Shown here: positions 36,826 through 47,779 of the stretch, one piece after another
How the letters are laid out: every line of letters begins with the position of its first letter
Numbering within the stretch: the first letter of the stretch is position 1
Assembly (NCBI GenBank): GCA_029261835.1
Contig: JAJDAO010000026.1
Span: 132,666-196,665 of the forward strand
Reading direction: 5' to 3'
DNA: 64,000 nucleotides
Source: Deltaproteobacteria bacterium
Lineage (GTDB): Bacteria > Myxococcota_A > UBA9160 > UBA4427
The notes under the pieces: model-generated
Told to the model about the DNA's origin: nothing
Database searches by the model: none
The model's input: only the letters and a program-made list of their open reading frames with translations
Program-made: the position numbers and the translations under genes

Positions 36826-38407
36826 GCCTCACCCCCCGTCGCAGTGATTCGGCTGCCGCCGGCAGCGCGTCGGCCAACTCGCCCGCCAGCAGACCCGAGT
36901 GACCCCGCTGCGACGCGATCGCGTCCGCGGCGGCACCGTGGAGATGGGCGGCCAGGGCCGCGGCCTCGAGCGGGGCGAGCCCCTGCGCAAGGTAGGCGGC
37001 CACGATGCCAGTCAGCACATCCCCGGTGCCACCCGTAGCCAGCACCGGCCCGCCCGTCGCATTGACGATTACACGGCCGGTGGGCTCCGCCGCAATGCTC
37101 GGCGCCCCCTTGAGGAGCACGACCGCGCCACTGATACGTGCCAGCTCGCGAGCCGCCCCGACGCGATCCGCGTTGATTTCAGACGCGTTGCTGTCCAGCA
37201 GTCGAGCTGCCTCGCCCGGGTGAGGCGTCAGAACCGTGGCCGCGGGCCGCGCGCGCAGAGCGCCCGCGTCGCGGCCGAAGGCGTTGAGTCCGTCCGCGTC
37301 GATCACCAGCGGCCGGCCGATCTTCTCCGCCAGCCCCCGCATCAACGCGACAGTGTCGTGCTGTTGTCCGACACCCGGCCCCATCGCCACCACGTCGCGT
37401 TCGCCGGCGAGCTCGAGCACGCGCGCCAGTGCCGATTCCGCCAATGCGCGATCATCGGTCTGCGGCAACGCCACCGTCATGGCTTCCGTGCACTTGACCT
37501 CCAAGATGTCATTGAGTCCGCTCGGACAGCCGATCGTCACGAGGCCCGCGCCGGCCCGGCCCGCCGCCTGGGCCGTCAGCGCCGCGGCCCCCGTCTTGCC
37601 CTCGGACCCCGCCACGACGAGCACGTGGCCGAAGCTGCCCTTGTGGCCGGCAACCGGTCGTGGGGGGAGTGCGCGCGCAGCCCCCTGCGCCGACCAGAGC
37701 TGTGCTGCCTCGAAGCCCTCAGCTCGGATCTCGCCGGGCATCTCGTCGACGATGCCGATGCGCGCGACCACCACCTCCCCCGCGAGTCCGCGCCCCGGCT
37801 CGAGTGCGAGCGCAAGCTTCGGCAGCGAGATCGTCACGGTGACATCGGCGCGCACGCCACATCCCAGGACTTGGCCGGTCTCCGCTTCGAGACCGGACGG
37901 CAGATCGACGGACAGTACGCCAACGCCAACGCCCCTGGCGCGGTTGATGCGCTCGATCGCGTCCGCTGCCGCACCGGTCACATCACGCGTGAGCCCCGTG
38001 CCCAAGATCGCATCCACCAACACGCCACGCGTGGGCGGACACCAGTCCTCACCCACCACCGGCAAGCCAAGCGCTTGAGCCCGCTCGTAGTTCGCACGCG
38101 CGTCTGCTGCCAGTCGTCTCGCATCGCCCACCAGCGCGATGCGAACACTCCGCCCGAGCAGCGCCAAATGCCGCGCAACCACGAAGCCATCACCGCCGTT
38201 GTTGCCGACTCCGCAGACGACACACACCTCGCCCGGGGGCGGCCCGGCCAGCAGATCCGCCCAGCGCGCGAGAAGAACATCGACAATGGCGCGGCCGGCG
38301 CTCTCCATCAGGATCTCACCGGGGACGCCGAGCTTCTCGATCGTGTAGCGATCGAGTGTCTGCATCCGGCTGGCGCCCACGAGCGACCAGTGACCCTCGT
38401 CGATCAT
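36758..38407 (-). CDS. nnr: bifunctional NAD(P)H-hydrate repair enzyme (epimerase + ADP-dependent dehydratase)
   Basis: YjeF-N (CGVGNNGGDGFV) and a YjeF-C carbohydrate-kinase domain (GHKGSFGHVLVVAGS, GGTGDVLTG). Start at ATG 38407. Confidence 0.92.
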   Translation of the reverse strand: MIDEGHWSLVGASRMQTLDRYTIEKLGVPGEILMESAGRAIVDVLLARWADLLAGPPPGEVCVVCGVGNNGGDGFVVARHLALLGRSVRIALVGDARRLAADARANYERAQALGLPVVGEDWCPPTRGVLVDAILGTGLTRDVTGAAADAIERINRARGVGVGVLSVDLPSGLEAETGQVLGCGVRADVTVTISLPKLALALEPGRGLAGEVVVARIGIVDEMPGEIRAEGFEAAQLWSAQGAARALPPRPVAGHKGSFGHVLVVAGSEGKTGAAALTAQAAGRAGAGLVTIGCPSGLNDILEVKCTEAMTVALPQTDDRALAESALARVLELAGERDVVAMGPGVGQQHDTVALMRGLAEKIGRPLVIDADGLNAFGRDAGALRARPAATVLTPHPGEAARLLDSNASEINADRVGAARELARISGAVVLLKGAPSIAAEPTGRVIVNATGGPVLATGGTGDVLTGIVAAYLAQGLAPLEAAALAAHLHGAAADAIASQRGHSGLLAGELADALPAAAESLRRGVRRERGAAESRGAGRPTLLPFPGH

Positions 38408-38453
38408 GTCTCGCCCTCCGGACGGGCGCCCGAGCCGTCGCTGCGGATCTAGG

Positions 38454-39821
38454 CTAGCGCGCCAACGCCTGCTTGAGCACGCTGGCAAGCTGGTTCGCGT
38501 ACTCCTGAACCTCGGCCTCGACCTCGCCCTCGACCATGACTCGCGCCTTGAGTTCGGTGCCGCTGTAGCGGATGAGCACCCGACCATGGCCCGCCAGCTT
38601 GGACTCGACCTCGCTGACGGCGTCCTGCACGCTGGGGAGATTCTCGAGCGGCTTCTTCTGGGAGATGCCCACGTTGACCATCACCTGTGGATAGCGCTTG
38701 AAGCCTACCGCTAGCTCGGAGAGTGGCCGGCCGCTGCGCGCCATGATGGCGAGTACCTGAAGCGCAGTCATCAAGCCGTCGCCGGTGGTGGTGTGGTCAA
38801 GGAAGATCACGTGCCCAGACTGCTCGCCACCCAGATTGTATCCGCCCTCACGCATGGCCTCGACGACGTAGCGATCGCCCACCTGCGTGCGCACGAGCTC
38901 CAACCCCAGCGACTTCAATTCCTCCTCCAGCCCCAGGTTGCTCATGACGGTGGCCACGATACCGCCGCCTCTAAGAGCGCCGCGTTCAGCGAGATTCCTG
39001 GCGCAGAGCGCGATCACGAGATCACCATCGAGGATCTCACCGCGCTCGTCGATGATCATGACGCGATCCGCATCGCCGTCGAGGGCGATGCCGACATCAC
39101 CGCGCACCTCCATCAACCGGCTGACCGTGTTCTCGGGGTGAAGGGAACCGCACTCGTCGTTGATATTGCGGCCGTTGGGATTCACGCCAAGCGGAAAGAC
39201 CTCGGCGCCCAGCTCGCTGAGCACCGTCGGCCCCACTTTGTAAGCCGAACCGTTGGCACAGTCGAGTACGACGCGAACGCCGTCGAGCGTGATGTCCGAA
39301 GGGAACGTCTTCTTGAGGAAGACGACGTAGCGACCTTGCTCATCACCAATGCGACGCGCCTGCCCGACATCGTCGGCTGCGGCCCGACACTTGTCCAACT
39401 CGCCGGATTCGATCAACGCCTCGATCCGGAGCTCGATCTCGTCCGCCAGCTTGAAGCCATCGCTTCCGAAGAACTTGATCCCGTTGTCCTGATAGGGATT
39501 GTGGCTCGCCGTGATCATGACACCGGCGTCGCAGCGCATGTCGGCCGTCAGGAAGGCCAGTGCCGGCGTCGGCATCGGCCCCACCTGCAGCACGTCGACG
39601 CCCATCGCGCAGATGCCCGCCGCCAGAGCATCCTCGAACATGTAGCCCGACAGCCGCGTGTCCTTACCGATCAGGATGCGATGCCGCCCGCGACGGCAAC
39701 CACGAAAGACGTGCGCCACGGCTTGCCCGAGCGAGAGCGCCATCTCGGCCGTCATCGGATCCCTGTTCGTAAGGCCGCGAACACCATCCGTGCCAAACAG
39801 CTTTCGGCCATCCTCGCTCAT
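38454..39821 (-). CDS. glmM: phosphoglucosamine mutase
   Basis: LFGTDGVRG, the active-site TASHNP and GEQSGH. Confidence 0.96.
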   Translation of the reverse strand: MSEDGRKLFGTDGVRGLTNRDPMTAEMALSLGQAVAHVFRGCRRGRHRILIGKDTRLSGYMFEDALAAGICAMGVDVLQVGPMPTPALAFLTADMRCDAGVMITASHNPYQDNGIKFFGSDGFKLADEIELRIEALIESGELDKCRAAADDVGQARRIGDEQGRYVVFLKKTFPSDITLDGVRVVLDCANGSAYKVGPTVLSELGAEVFPLGVNPNGRNINDECGSLHPENTVSRLMEVRGDVGIALDGDADRVMIIDERGEILDGDLVIALCARNLAERGALRGGGIVATVMSNLGLEEELKSLGLELVRTQVGDRYVVEAMREGGYNLGGEQSGHVIFLDHTTTGDGLMTALQVLAIMARSGRPLSELAVGFKRYPQVMVNVGISQKKPLENLPSVQDAVSEVESKLAGHGRVLIRYSGTELKARVMVEGEVEAEVQEYANQLASVLKQALAR

Positions 39822-40528
39822 ACGTTTCCCTCTCTTCCGTCCGACTCCGGCAGCAGTCCGTCTTCGGTTCCCGGTACCAGATCGGCCTCGATGTGAATCT
39901 GCACCTTGACCGGCTCGTTTTCCTCCATCCAGACCGTCCCACCGCCCAGATGAAGCCTGACTTCTCGCTCTTCATCAACCTTGATGCCGGTAATGTTGAT
40001 CGTCTCTGTCACGACCTCGTCGAGCCGCATGACCTGACTACGCGCGCCAGCCAGCCACACCTTCGGCGGCACGACCTTCACGTCGGCCAGATGAAATCCC
40101 CCTGCCGGCTCCCCCTCCAGATCGACGCGAACACCCACCGCCTTTCGCCCTCGCTTCTCGAAACGCACCTGGACCCGCGATGGGGAGTGGCTGACGAAGC
40201 GCGCGCCTCTTGGCAGCTCGACGCGGGAGACCTCGACGTCGTAGACGGCGATGCCCGGCTTTCCACCCGAGACGTCGATCTCGTACTTGAGTTCGTCGGC
40301 CGACACATTACCCAGCGCCGCTCGACTCCCCATGACCCGAACGTTGATCTCATCGACGCTCCGATCGGTCACCACGAGTGCTTCGTTCAAGCGGTGCAGC
40401 TCCACGGGAATGTCGTAGGCACGCTCGATCGAAGAGCTCCCGTTTGCCACACCCCACAGAAAGCCCGCGATCGCCAGCGCCAGCATCAGAACGCCGGGTC
40501 TCAGAGTCGTGAATCGCCTCAACAACAA
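39818..40528 (-). CDS. cdaR: YbbR-domain protein (CdaA regulator CdaR-like)
   Basis: N-terminal TM segment followed by YbbR-like repeats. Sits between cdaA and glmM, as in the conserved cdaA-cdaR-glmM operon. Confidence 0.8.
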   Translation of the reverse strand: MLLRRFTTLRPGVLMLALAIAGFLWGVANGSSSIERAYDIPVELHRLNEALVVTDRSVDEINVRVMGSRAALGNVSADELKYEIDVSGGKPGIAVYDVEVSRVELPRGARFVSHSPSRVQVRFEKRGRKAVGVRVDLEGEPAGGFHLADVKVVPPKVWLAGARSQVMRLDEVVTETINITGIKVDEEREVRLHLGGGTVWMEENEPVKVQIHIEADLVPGTEDGLLPESDGREGNV

Positions 40529-40533
40529 GCTCC

Positions 40534-41418
40534 TCAGCTAGCGGACCGCGAAACTTCCGCATCCTCCGGGCCCAGCTCGGCGATCTCCAGCGTGCGTCCC
40601 ACCTGGGCGGGATCCGGCAGCCTGCTGCGCTCTCCGGCCAAGATGTCGCGCAGCACCACGCGAAGGCGTGGCGGGTCCAGGCCGCGCATCATCTCGCCCC
40701 CCATCACCACCGAAATGTTGCCCGTCTCCTCGGAGACCACGACCACAACGGCATCGGTCTCTTCGGTGATCCCCACTGCCGCCCGATGCCGGGTCCCGAC
40801 TCCCTCGGGCAGATCCGTCCGCAATGTCAGCGGAAGAATGCAGCCCGCCGATGCGACGCGACCCTCTTGGACCACCACCGCACCGTCGTGCAACGGCGAA
40901 CTCGGCATGAAGAGCGAGATCAGAAGATCCTTGCTCACCTCGGCATCCAGCGAAACTCCGGCCTCGATCTGATCCACCAGGGCGGACTCACGCTCGAGTA
41001 CCATCAGCGCGCCCACGCTCCGCTCGGTCAGGCTCTGTGCCGCCCGCACCACCTCCTCGAGCATCTGCGATTCCTGCTGAGCCGACACGGACGGGAAGAA
41101 GCCGCGCCCGACACGAGCCAGAGCTCGCCGTATGTCGTGCTGAAAGAGCACGATAATGATCAGCACCGCCGACGAAAGGAAGTGCTTGAGAATCAGACCC
41201 ACCGTGGCGAGCTGAAAGAGCTGGGAGGCCAGACTGAGACCAATGAGCACGATCAGCCCGACGAGGATCTGGATCGCCCGTGTGCCGCGAATCAGCAGCA
41301 GCAACCAATAGATTCCGGCCGTGACCACCAGGATGTCCACGATGTCGCGAGCCGGATCGAAGTTCAGCACGAAGAAGTCGAGTAGCTCCCTCAGGAATCT
41401 CCAGATGACTTCGATCAC
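40534..41418 (-). CDS. cdaA: diadenylate cyclase (membrane-anchored CdaA type)
   Basis: Three N-terminal TM helices and a DAC domain (PLHDGAVVV, GTRHRAAVGITEETDAVVVVVSEETGNIS). Confidence 0.92.
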   Translation of the reverse strand: MIEVIWRFLRELLDFFVLNFDPARDIVDILVVTAGIYWLLLLIRGTRAIQILVGLIVLIGLSLASQLFQLATVGLILKHFLSSAVLIIIVLFQHDIRRALARVGRGFFPSVSAQQESQMLEEVVRAAQSLTERSVGALMVLERESALVDQIEAGVSLDAEVSKDLLISLFMPSSPLHDGAVVVQEGRVASAGCILPLTLRTDLPEGVGTRHRAAVGITEETDAVVVVVSEETGNISVVMGGEMMRGLDPPRLRVVLRDILAGERSRLPDPAQVGRTLEIAELGPEDAEVSRSAS

Positions 41419-42278
41419 GTGAGCTCCTTCCGGCGGGCGTCGCGGAGCGCACGTCCAATCGCCACGGCGCGCTTGGCACCGGCCGCATCGTGGACCCTCA
41501 CGCCGTCGGCACCGGCGAAGGCCGCCACTGCACAGGCTGCATGGCTGGCAACCTCTCGCTCATGCACGGGATCGCCCGTGATGGATCCGAGGAAGGACTT
41601 GCGTGACGGTCCCACCAGAAGCGGAAGTCCCAGCCGGTCTCGCAGCCAGCCCGCATGCGCGATGAGCTTGAGGTTGTCCTCGACTCGCTTGCCAAAGCCA
41701 ATGCCCGGATCAACCGCGAGCTGCCCCGTCGCGACACCACAGCGCCGAGCGTGCGCGACCGAAGACTCGAGCTCACTCGCAACCTCGGCCAGTACGTCGC
41801 GGTAGCCCGGCTTCGACTGCATCGTCTCGGGTGTGCCACGCGTGTGCCCGACGATCAGCAATGCGCCGCTCTGCGCCGCCACCACCGCGAGGTTGGCGTC
41901 GTGAGTCAGCCCGGAGACGTCGTTGATCACCCGCGCCCCCGCCGCAACGGCAGCCCGCGCGACGTCCGCCTTGCGCGTGTCGATCGAGATCGGGAGGTCG
42001 AAGCTCTTGGCGAGTGCGCGAATCGCACCCTCTGTGCGTGCGATCTCGTCGTCCACCGGCACCTGGGCCGCGCCCGGCCGCGTGGATTCGCCGCCGACAT
42101 CCAGCACATGGGCACCCGACGTCACCAGGGTCCCGGCGGCGTCAAGCACCCGCTCGATGTCCACCGCCGCCGACTGGCGTGCCAGCAGCCGTCCTCCATC
42201 GGAGAACGAGTCCGGCGTGACATTGAGCACCCCCACGATCGTCACGCGCTCGGGCGGGAAGATCGACTCGTTGATCAC
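41415..42278 (-). CDS. folP: dihydropteroate synthase
   Basis: GVLNVTPDSFSDGG, DVGGESTRPG and VINDVSG motifs. Confidence 0.94.
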   Translation of the reverse strand: MINESIFPPERVTIVGVLNVTPDSFSDGGRLLARQSAAVDIERVLDAAGTLVTSGAHVLDVGGESTRPGAAQVPVDDEIARTEGAIRALAKSFDLPISIDTRKADVARAAVAAGARVINDVSGLTHDANLAVVAAQSGALLIVGHTRGTPETMQSKPGYRDVLAEVASELESSVAHARRCGVATGQLAVDPGIGFGKRVEDNLKLIAHAGWLRDRLGLPLLVGPSRKSFLGSITGDPVHEREVASHAACAVAAFAGADGVRVHDAAGAKRAVAIGRALRDARRKELT

Positions 42279-42290
42279 GGAGGCTCCTCC

Positions 42291-44207
42291 CTAGCTGGGA
42301 AACGGCTCCGGGTCCGGGAGCTTCTCGCCCGGAAAGCCCTTCTTGCGCTCGGACTTACGCGAGGTCTCGTCCGCCGCATCGAGATCGCTCCCCGCCGGCA
42401 ACGGTGGCAACGGCTGACCCTTCAGAAGCAGCTCGAGATCCGCCGTCTCGAGCGTCTCGCGCTCGAGCAGTGCCTCGGCGATGCGCTCCAATACGTCCCG
42501 GTGCTCTTCGAGCAGGCGCAGCGCCTCGTCGTACTTGGCCGAGAGCGTTTTGGCGACTTCGTCGTCGATCTGTTCGGCCTTCTTGTCGCTGTAATCCTTG
42601 CGGGTCATAAAATCGCGTCCCAAGAAGACGTCGCCGCCCGAGTCCGCATAAGAGACCGGCCCCAGTGCGGCGCTCATGCCGTACTCGGTCACCATGCGGC
42701 GTGCCCAACGCGTCGCCTGCTCGAGATCATTGGCGGCACCCGTCGAGAGCTGGTCAAAGACCAGCTGCTCGGCCGCGCGCCCTCCCATGGCGTAGCGGAT
42801 GATCGCGAAGATCTGCTCCGCGGTGTAGTTCAGGCGGTCTTCCTCGGGCAGTGTCTGGGTCAGCCCCAATGCCATCCCGCGCGGGATGATCGTGACCTTG
42901 TGAACGGGGTCCGAGTGCTCGGGCGTCAGCAGTGCGATCAGCGCGTGCCCCGCCTCGTGGAAGGCCGTGATGCGCTTGTCCTCGTCGCTCATGATCATGC
43001 TACGACGCTCGGCCCCCATCAGGACCTTGTCCTTGGCGGACTCGAAGTCCGTTTGCGAGACGCGCTGCGCGTCGCGTCGCGCTGCCAGCAGCGCGGCTTC
43101 ATTGACGAGATTCTGCAGATCGGCTCCAACGAACCCCGGCGTGCCACGCGCCTGCAAGCCCAGGTCGACATCATCGTCGAGCGGGACGCGGCGCGTGTGG
43201 ATCTTGAGAATCTGCAGGCGGCCGCGCACGTCGGGCCGTGGCACCACCACTCTGCGGTCGAAACGTCCGGGCCGCAGCAGCGCCGGATCGAGAACATCGG
43301 GCCGATTCGTGGCGGCGATCAGAATCACGCCCTCGTTGCTCTCGAAGCCATCCATTTCGACCAGCAACTGGTTGAGCGTCTGTTCGCGTTCATCGTGGCC
43401 ACCGCCCATGCCCGCTCCGCGATGCCGTCCGACCGCGTCGATCTCATCGATGAAGATGATGCAGGGCGCCTGCTTCTTGCCCTGCAAGAAGAGGTCTCTC
43501 ACACGAGACGCTCCGACTCCGACGAACATCTCGACGAAATCCGAGCCGGAGATGGAGAAGAACGGAACCGCGGCTTCGCCCGCCACGGCACGGGCGAGCA
43601 GCGTCTTGCCCGTCCCGGGCGGCCCCACGAGCAACACGCCCTTCGGAATCCGTCCTCCGAGTCGCGTGAACTTCTTCGGCTCCTTGAGAAACTCGATGAT
43701 CTCCTCGAGCTCGGTCTTCGACTCCTCGATGCCCGCCACATCCTTGAACGTGACCGACTGCTGGCTCTCCGTGAGCAGGCGGGCCTTCGACTTGCCGAAG
43801 CTCATCGCCTTGCCACCACCCGACTGCATCTGCCGAATAAAGAAGATCCACAGGCCGATGAACAGCACCAGCGGGAACCACATGATCAAAATCTGCCGCC
43901 AGAAACTGCCTTCGTCCTTGGGTTGGGCGATGACCTTGACCTGCCGTTCATGCAGCAGCCCCAGCAGCTCTTCGGTGATGGCGGGCGCATAGGTCGTGAA
44001 TGAGGTGCTGTCGACCATCTTGCCGTCGATGCTGCCCTCTTCGATCGTGACCTCCTCGACCTGACTCTCCTCGACCGCAGTGATGAAGTCACTGTACGCG
44101 AGAGCCGGCGGCGACTCGGCCTCCTGCCGGAGCATCGTGAAGAGCAGGAGCATGACCACGAGGATCACGACCCACAGCGCCATATTCTTGTAGAACTGCT
44201 GATTCAC
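42291..44207 (-). CDS. ftsH: ATP-dependent zinc metalloprotease FtsH
   Basis: Two TM segments, an AAA module ([27 protein letters not shown]) and the zinc site HEAGH. GTG start behind GAGGA. Confidence 0.97.
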   Translation of the reverse strand: MNQQFYKNMALWVVILVVMLLLFTMLRQEAESPPALAYSDFITAVEESQVEEVTIEEGSIDGKMVDSTSFTTYAPAITEELLGLLHERQVKVIAQPKDEGSFWRQILIMWFPLVLFIGLWIFFIRQMQSGGGKAMSFGKSKARLLTESQQSVTFKDVAGIEESKTELEEIIEFLKEPKKFTRLGGRIPKGVLLVGPPGTGKTLLARAVAGEAAVPFFSISGSDFVEMFVGVGASRVRDLFLQGKKQAPCIIFIDEIDAVGRHRGAGMGGGHDEREQTLNQLLVEMDGFESNEGVILIAATNRPDVLDPALLRPGRFDRRVVVPRPDVRGRLQILKIHTRRVPLDDDVDLGLQARGTPGFVGADLQNLVNEAALLAARRDAQRVSQTDFESAKDKVLMGAERRSMIMSDEDKRITAFHEAGHALIALLTPEHSDPVHKVTIIPRGMALGLTQTLPEEDRLNYTAEQIFAIIRYAMGGRAAEQLVFDQLSTGAANDLEQATRWARRMVTEYGMSAALGPVSYADSGGDVFLGRDFMTRKDYSDKKAEQIDDEVAKTLSAKYDEALRLLEEHRDVLERIAEALLERETLETADLELLLKGQPLPPLPAGSDLDAADETSRKSERKKGFPGEKLPDPEPFPS

Positions 44208-44386
44208 TGTCTATCCTCGGGCCCGCCGGCCACCCGGCCCCCCCAGCCTTGGATGCCGTCCCTGTAGGGTCAGTTCACGCACGAGAGAAAACCCGCAGAA
44301 CTCAGCTCAGCACTCGACCCAGGAGAGCGACGGGACCGCCAAGCGGCCCTCTACGTCGATCCCCCACGGTAGCATGCCCCGTTTCT

Positions 44387-45391
44387 CTATACCCCAACTC
44401 GACTCAAAGTGTAGCCTTCCGTCCCACGCTTCAGCCTCAGCCCCCCGGGCAACTCAATCGCGCTTCCAACCTGCTGCCGCTGATCTGCCCGCAGAAAGCC
44501 GAGCATCCGCTCGAGGTGTACTCGGCTGACGTCCCGCCCAGCTCCGACTTCGAGCAGCGCACAGCGCACGAGCCGCCGGGCCAGCGCATCCGGGAGCTCA
44601 GGCCAGCCTTCGCGAACCAATTCGATCTCGCTTCCCCGCACGCGCAGGTAGCGACATGCCGCCTCGCGTACCAGGGACTCGATCCATTCCGAGTCCCTTC
44701 TCTGTGCTTCGGCAAGATTGCTCAGAGCCCTGAGCAGTTGTGGATTGAACTCGCGGGCCAAGCCGGGCAGCCAGTGGCGTCTCAGCCGATTGCGGGTGTA
44801 GCGGTCACTGGTATTGGACGTGTCTTCGCGCCACGCGAGCCCGTTCTCGAGCGCGTAGGTCTCGATCCGCTGGCGGCTCACACCGAGCAGAGGACGCACG
44901 ATCCGGCCATCCGGCGAACGCTCGGGAATGCCGCCCAGGGCGTCCGGCCCGCCGCCGCGCAGCAGCCGCATCAGCACCGTTTCGGCCTGGTCGTCGAGGT
45001 TGTGTGCGGTCGCGATGTGCTGCGCCCCGGCGGCCTCCGCCATGGCCTCGAACGCCTGATAACGCAGCTGACGGGCCGCCTCTTGGAGCGTTGGACGCTC
45101 GCGATTGGAACGATCGCGGCGCAGATCCTCGGGCACCACACGCTCGACCGCGAAGTCGAGCCCGAGCTTCCCGGCGAACTGTCCCACGGCCCGCTCGTCC
45201 CCTTCGGAGTCCATCCCCCTCAGACCGTGGTTCACGTGCCCCACGCAGAGATCGAGGCCCAGACCCGCCGCGCCGCCGGAGAGGGCGTGGAGCAGCACCG
45301 TGGAGTCGACGCCGCCCGAGACGGCCACCAGAATACGTCGCCCCTCGATGTGCAACGCGCTCACGGCCTGCTCGACGGCTGCTCGGACCAT
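44387..45391 (-). CDS. tilS: tRNA(Ile)-lysidine synthase
   Basis: PP-loop (VAVSGGVDSTVLL) and the TilS substrate domain. Confidence 0.92.
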   Translation of the reverse strand: MVRAAVEQAVSALHIEGRRILVAVSGGVDSTVLLHALSGGAAGLGLDLCVGHVNHGLRGMDSEGDERAVGQFAGKLGLDFAVERVVPEDLRRDRSNRERPTLQEAARQLRYQAFEAMAEAAGAQHIATAHNLDDQAETVLMRLLRGGGPDALGGIPERSPDGRIVRPLLGVSRQRIETYALENGLAWREDTSNTSDRYTRNRLRRHWLPGLAREFNPQLLRALSNLAEAQRRDSEWIESLVREAACRYLRVRGSEIELVREGWPELPDALARRLVRCALLEVGAGRDVSRVHLERMLGFLRADQRQQVGSAIELPGGLRLKRGTEGYTLSRVGV

Positions 45392-45483
45392 GTCACGAGC
45401 TTAGGCCCGCGCATCACGCGCGCCACAGGCTGCGGGCGCGCTGCGGTTGGCGGGCTCTGGGCGATTCGGGTATTCCACGAGCC

Positions 45484-47067
45484 GTGACGCCGACCTCCGC
45501 CTCCTCATCACGGCCCCTCTCGCCGCTCGACAACGTCGGTGACTGGCCGGCTCGCTGGGCTCGCCGCCGCCCTTCGCAACCGGCACTGGCGGACGACGAG
45601 CGCCAGCTCGACTGGCTGCACTTGGACGCGCGCATCGCACGGCTCGCGGGCTGGCTGACGCGCGAGGGAATCGGCCCGGGAGACCGCGTGGCGATTCTGC
45701 TCGCCAACCGTTCTGCCCACCTGGAGCTCGTCTTTGCAGCCGCACGTATCGGCGCCATCAGTCTGCCGGTCAACTTGCGGCTCTCGCCTCGCGAGATCGC
45801 CTTTCTGCTGGACGACTGCGAGCCGGCGGCGCTCTTCTTCGAGAGCGATCGCCTGCGCGCCGTCGAGAAGGCGGGAGCCAGCGCCCGGAAGGCCCCGCGG
45901 CTGCTCGTCGCTGTTGGCGGCGCGGCGGATCAATACGAACGCGAGCTGGAGCGGGCGCCGTGCTACACGGGCTCGCTTCCAGTCCACCCCGACGACCCGA
46001 TGATGCTCATGTACACCTCCGGCACGACCGGAACACCGAAGGGGGCACTGCTTCCACACCGCAAGGCGCTCTACAACTCGCTCAACGCAGAGCTCTTCTT
46101 CGGCATCCGCGAGAGCGACCACGTGCTCGTCGTCGCGCCGCTCTTTCACTCCCTCGGTCTTCAAATCCTCTCGCTGCCCATGATCTATGGCGGCGGACGG
46201 ATCACACTGCAGCGTCACTTCGATGCAGCACGCGTCTGGAAGGCGGTCGGCGAGGAAGGAATCACCTACTTCGGGGGCGTGCCGACCATGCACCAGCGCC
46301 TCTACGACGAGCTGGAGGCTGCCCCGCCGAACCATTACGACCTCTCCACGCTGCGCTTCGTCTTCACGGCGGGCTCGGCGGTCTCGGTGGAATTGGTTCG
46401 CACCTTTCAAGCTCGGGGGATCGTACTCAAACAGGGCTACGGTCAGACTGAGAGCTCGATTCTCTGCTGTCTCGATGCCCGCGATGCGGTGCGCAAGGCC
46501 GGCAGCGTAGGCCTGCCGGTCTTTCACGCCGAGCTGCGGGTCATCAGCCAGGACACTCGGCACGAGCCACCGTCAAAGTGGCGCGATGTCGTCGTCGGTG
46601 AGACGGGGGAGATCGTGGTACGCGGCCCGATCTCGATGCTCGGCTACTGGGGACAACCAGAGGCGACGGCCGAGACCCTCGTCGACGGCTGGCTCTGCAC
46701 CAGCGATCTGGCGACGATGGACGAGGCGGGTTTCGTCACGCTGGTCGGGCGCGCCCGCGATCTGTTCATCTCGGGCGGAGAGAATGTCTACCCGGCCGAG
46801 GTCGAAGCCGTCTATCGCGAACACCCCGCCATCCGTGAGATCGCCGTCGTGGGCGTCTCGGACCCACGCTGGGGCGAAGTCGGCCGAGCCCACGTTGTGA
46901 TGGAGGAGGGGCACACGCTCGATCTCGCTGCCCTCGAGTCTTGGGCACGGGATCGGCTGGCGAGCTTCAAGCGCCCGCAGTGCTTCGTCGTCGAAGAGGA
47001 CTTGCCTCGCACGGCCAGCGGAAAAGTCCAGAAGCACAGGCTGTCGCGCCCCGACTCGCCGACCTGA
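45484..47067 (+). CDS. AMP-dependent acyl-CoA synthetase/ligase
   Basis: AMP-binding motifs (MYTSGTTGTPKGA, GYGQTE, DLFISGGENVYP). The first in-frame start downstream of tilS is GTG 45484. The track ORF from 45004 overlaps tilS antisense. Confidence 0.88.
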   Translation: MTPTSASSSRPLSPLDNVGDWPARWARRRPSQPALADDERQLDWLHLDARIARLAGWLTREGIGPGDRVAILLANRSAHLELVFAAARIGAISLPVNLRLSPREIAFLLDDCEPAALFFESDRLRAVEKAGASARKAPRLLVAVGGAADQYERELERAPCYTGSLPVHPDDPMMLMYTSGTTGTPKGALLPHRKALYNSLNAELFFGIRESDHVLVVAPLFHSLGLQILSLPMIYGGGRITLQRHFDAARVWKAVGEEGITYFGGVPTMHQRLYDELEAAPPNHYDLSTLRFVFTAGSAVSVELVRTFQARGIVLKQGYGQTESSILCCLDARDAVRKAGSVGLPVFHAELRVISQDTRHEPPSKWRDVVVGETGEIVVRGPISMLGYWGQPEATAETLVDGWLCTSDLATMDEAGFVTLVGRARDLFISGGENVYPAEVEAVYREHPAIREIAVVGVSDPRWGEVGRAHVVMEEGHTLDLAALESWARDRLASFKRPQCFVVEEDLPRTASGKVQKHRLSRPDSPT

Positions 47068-47089
47068 AGCGTCTTCTCAGGCCCCGAGA

Positions 47090-47758
47090 TCAGGAGGCGA
47101 TCAGCAGCCGCAGGGAGTTCCCCACCTTCTCCGCGTAGTCCGCCATGTCGGCGATCCAGTTGATGAGCTGGTACCAGAAGTAGGTCCCGACACCGAGTTC
47201 TTCTTCGATGCCAAAGAGCACGCGCTGCGCCAGCTCGGCCAGCTCGTCGGTCTCGCTCTCCAGCCGATTCAGCTCGCGGATCATCTCTTCGACCTTGCCC
47301 ACTTCGCGCGGGCCGAAGCCAGTCTCGATGAGTTCGTCGAGCTCATCGATGATCTTCTGGCTCTGCCGGCAGGTAACGAGCACGCTGCGCGTCAGTGCGA
47401 GGATCGGCTCGCGCAACGCATCGGGCGGCGTCATTGCCCGCATGTCGGCCAGCTCGGCGATGTCCTGGGCGGTGTCGGCCATGGAGTCCTGGTTGTGCAG
47501 GATCTCGAGCATGTCCCGCCGCTCTACGGCCATGAAGAGCCGCTTGGGTAGGTGGCTGCGGATCTCGTGCTTGATCCGATCGGCCTCGTGCTCGAGGCGG
47601 ACGACCTCAGCCCGGTGCCGGCTCATGGCCTCGCGATCCCCCGCCGCCATCGCCTCGATGAAGGGCAGAATCTCCTGCGCACAGGCGACTGCCGCCTTCA
47701 TGTGCCGCTGCATCGGACGAATGGGAGAGCGTCCAAACAGGTTTCCGATAATCGACAA
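47090..47758 (-). CDS. DUF47/TIGR00153 PhoU-like phosphate-transport regulator
   Basis: Helical PhoU-like repeats (HEADRIKHEI...). Adjacent to a PiT transporter gene. Confidence 0.88.
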   Translation of the reverse strand: MSIIGNLFGRSPIRPMQRHMKAAVACAQEILPFIEAMAAGDREAMSRHRAEVVRLEHEADRIKHEIRSHLPKRLFMAVERRDMLEILHNQDSMADTAQDIAELADMRAMTPPDALREPILALTRSVLVTCRQSQKIIDELDELIETGFGPREVGKVEEMIRELNRLESETDELAELAQRVLFGIEEELGVGTYFWYQLINWIADMADYAEKVGNSLRLLIAS

Positions 47759-47779
47759 TTGAGCGTCCCTCTCAGCCCG

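Noticed and set aside
44208-44386. An hpt gene, often found between tilS and ftsH.
   Set aside because: The 179-bp spacer contains no ORF of useful length on either strand.
45004-45483. A 160-codon N-terminal extension of the acyl-CoA synthetase ORF.
   Set aside because: It overlaps tilS on the opposite strand and is Arg/Pro-rich. Homology to AMP-binding enzymes begins only after GTG 45484.
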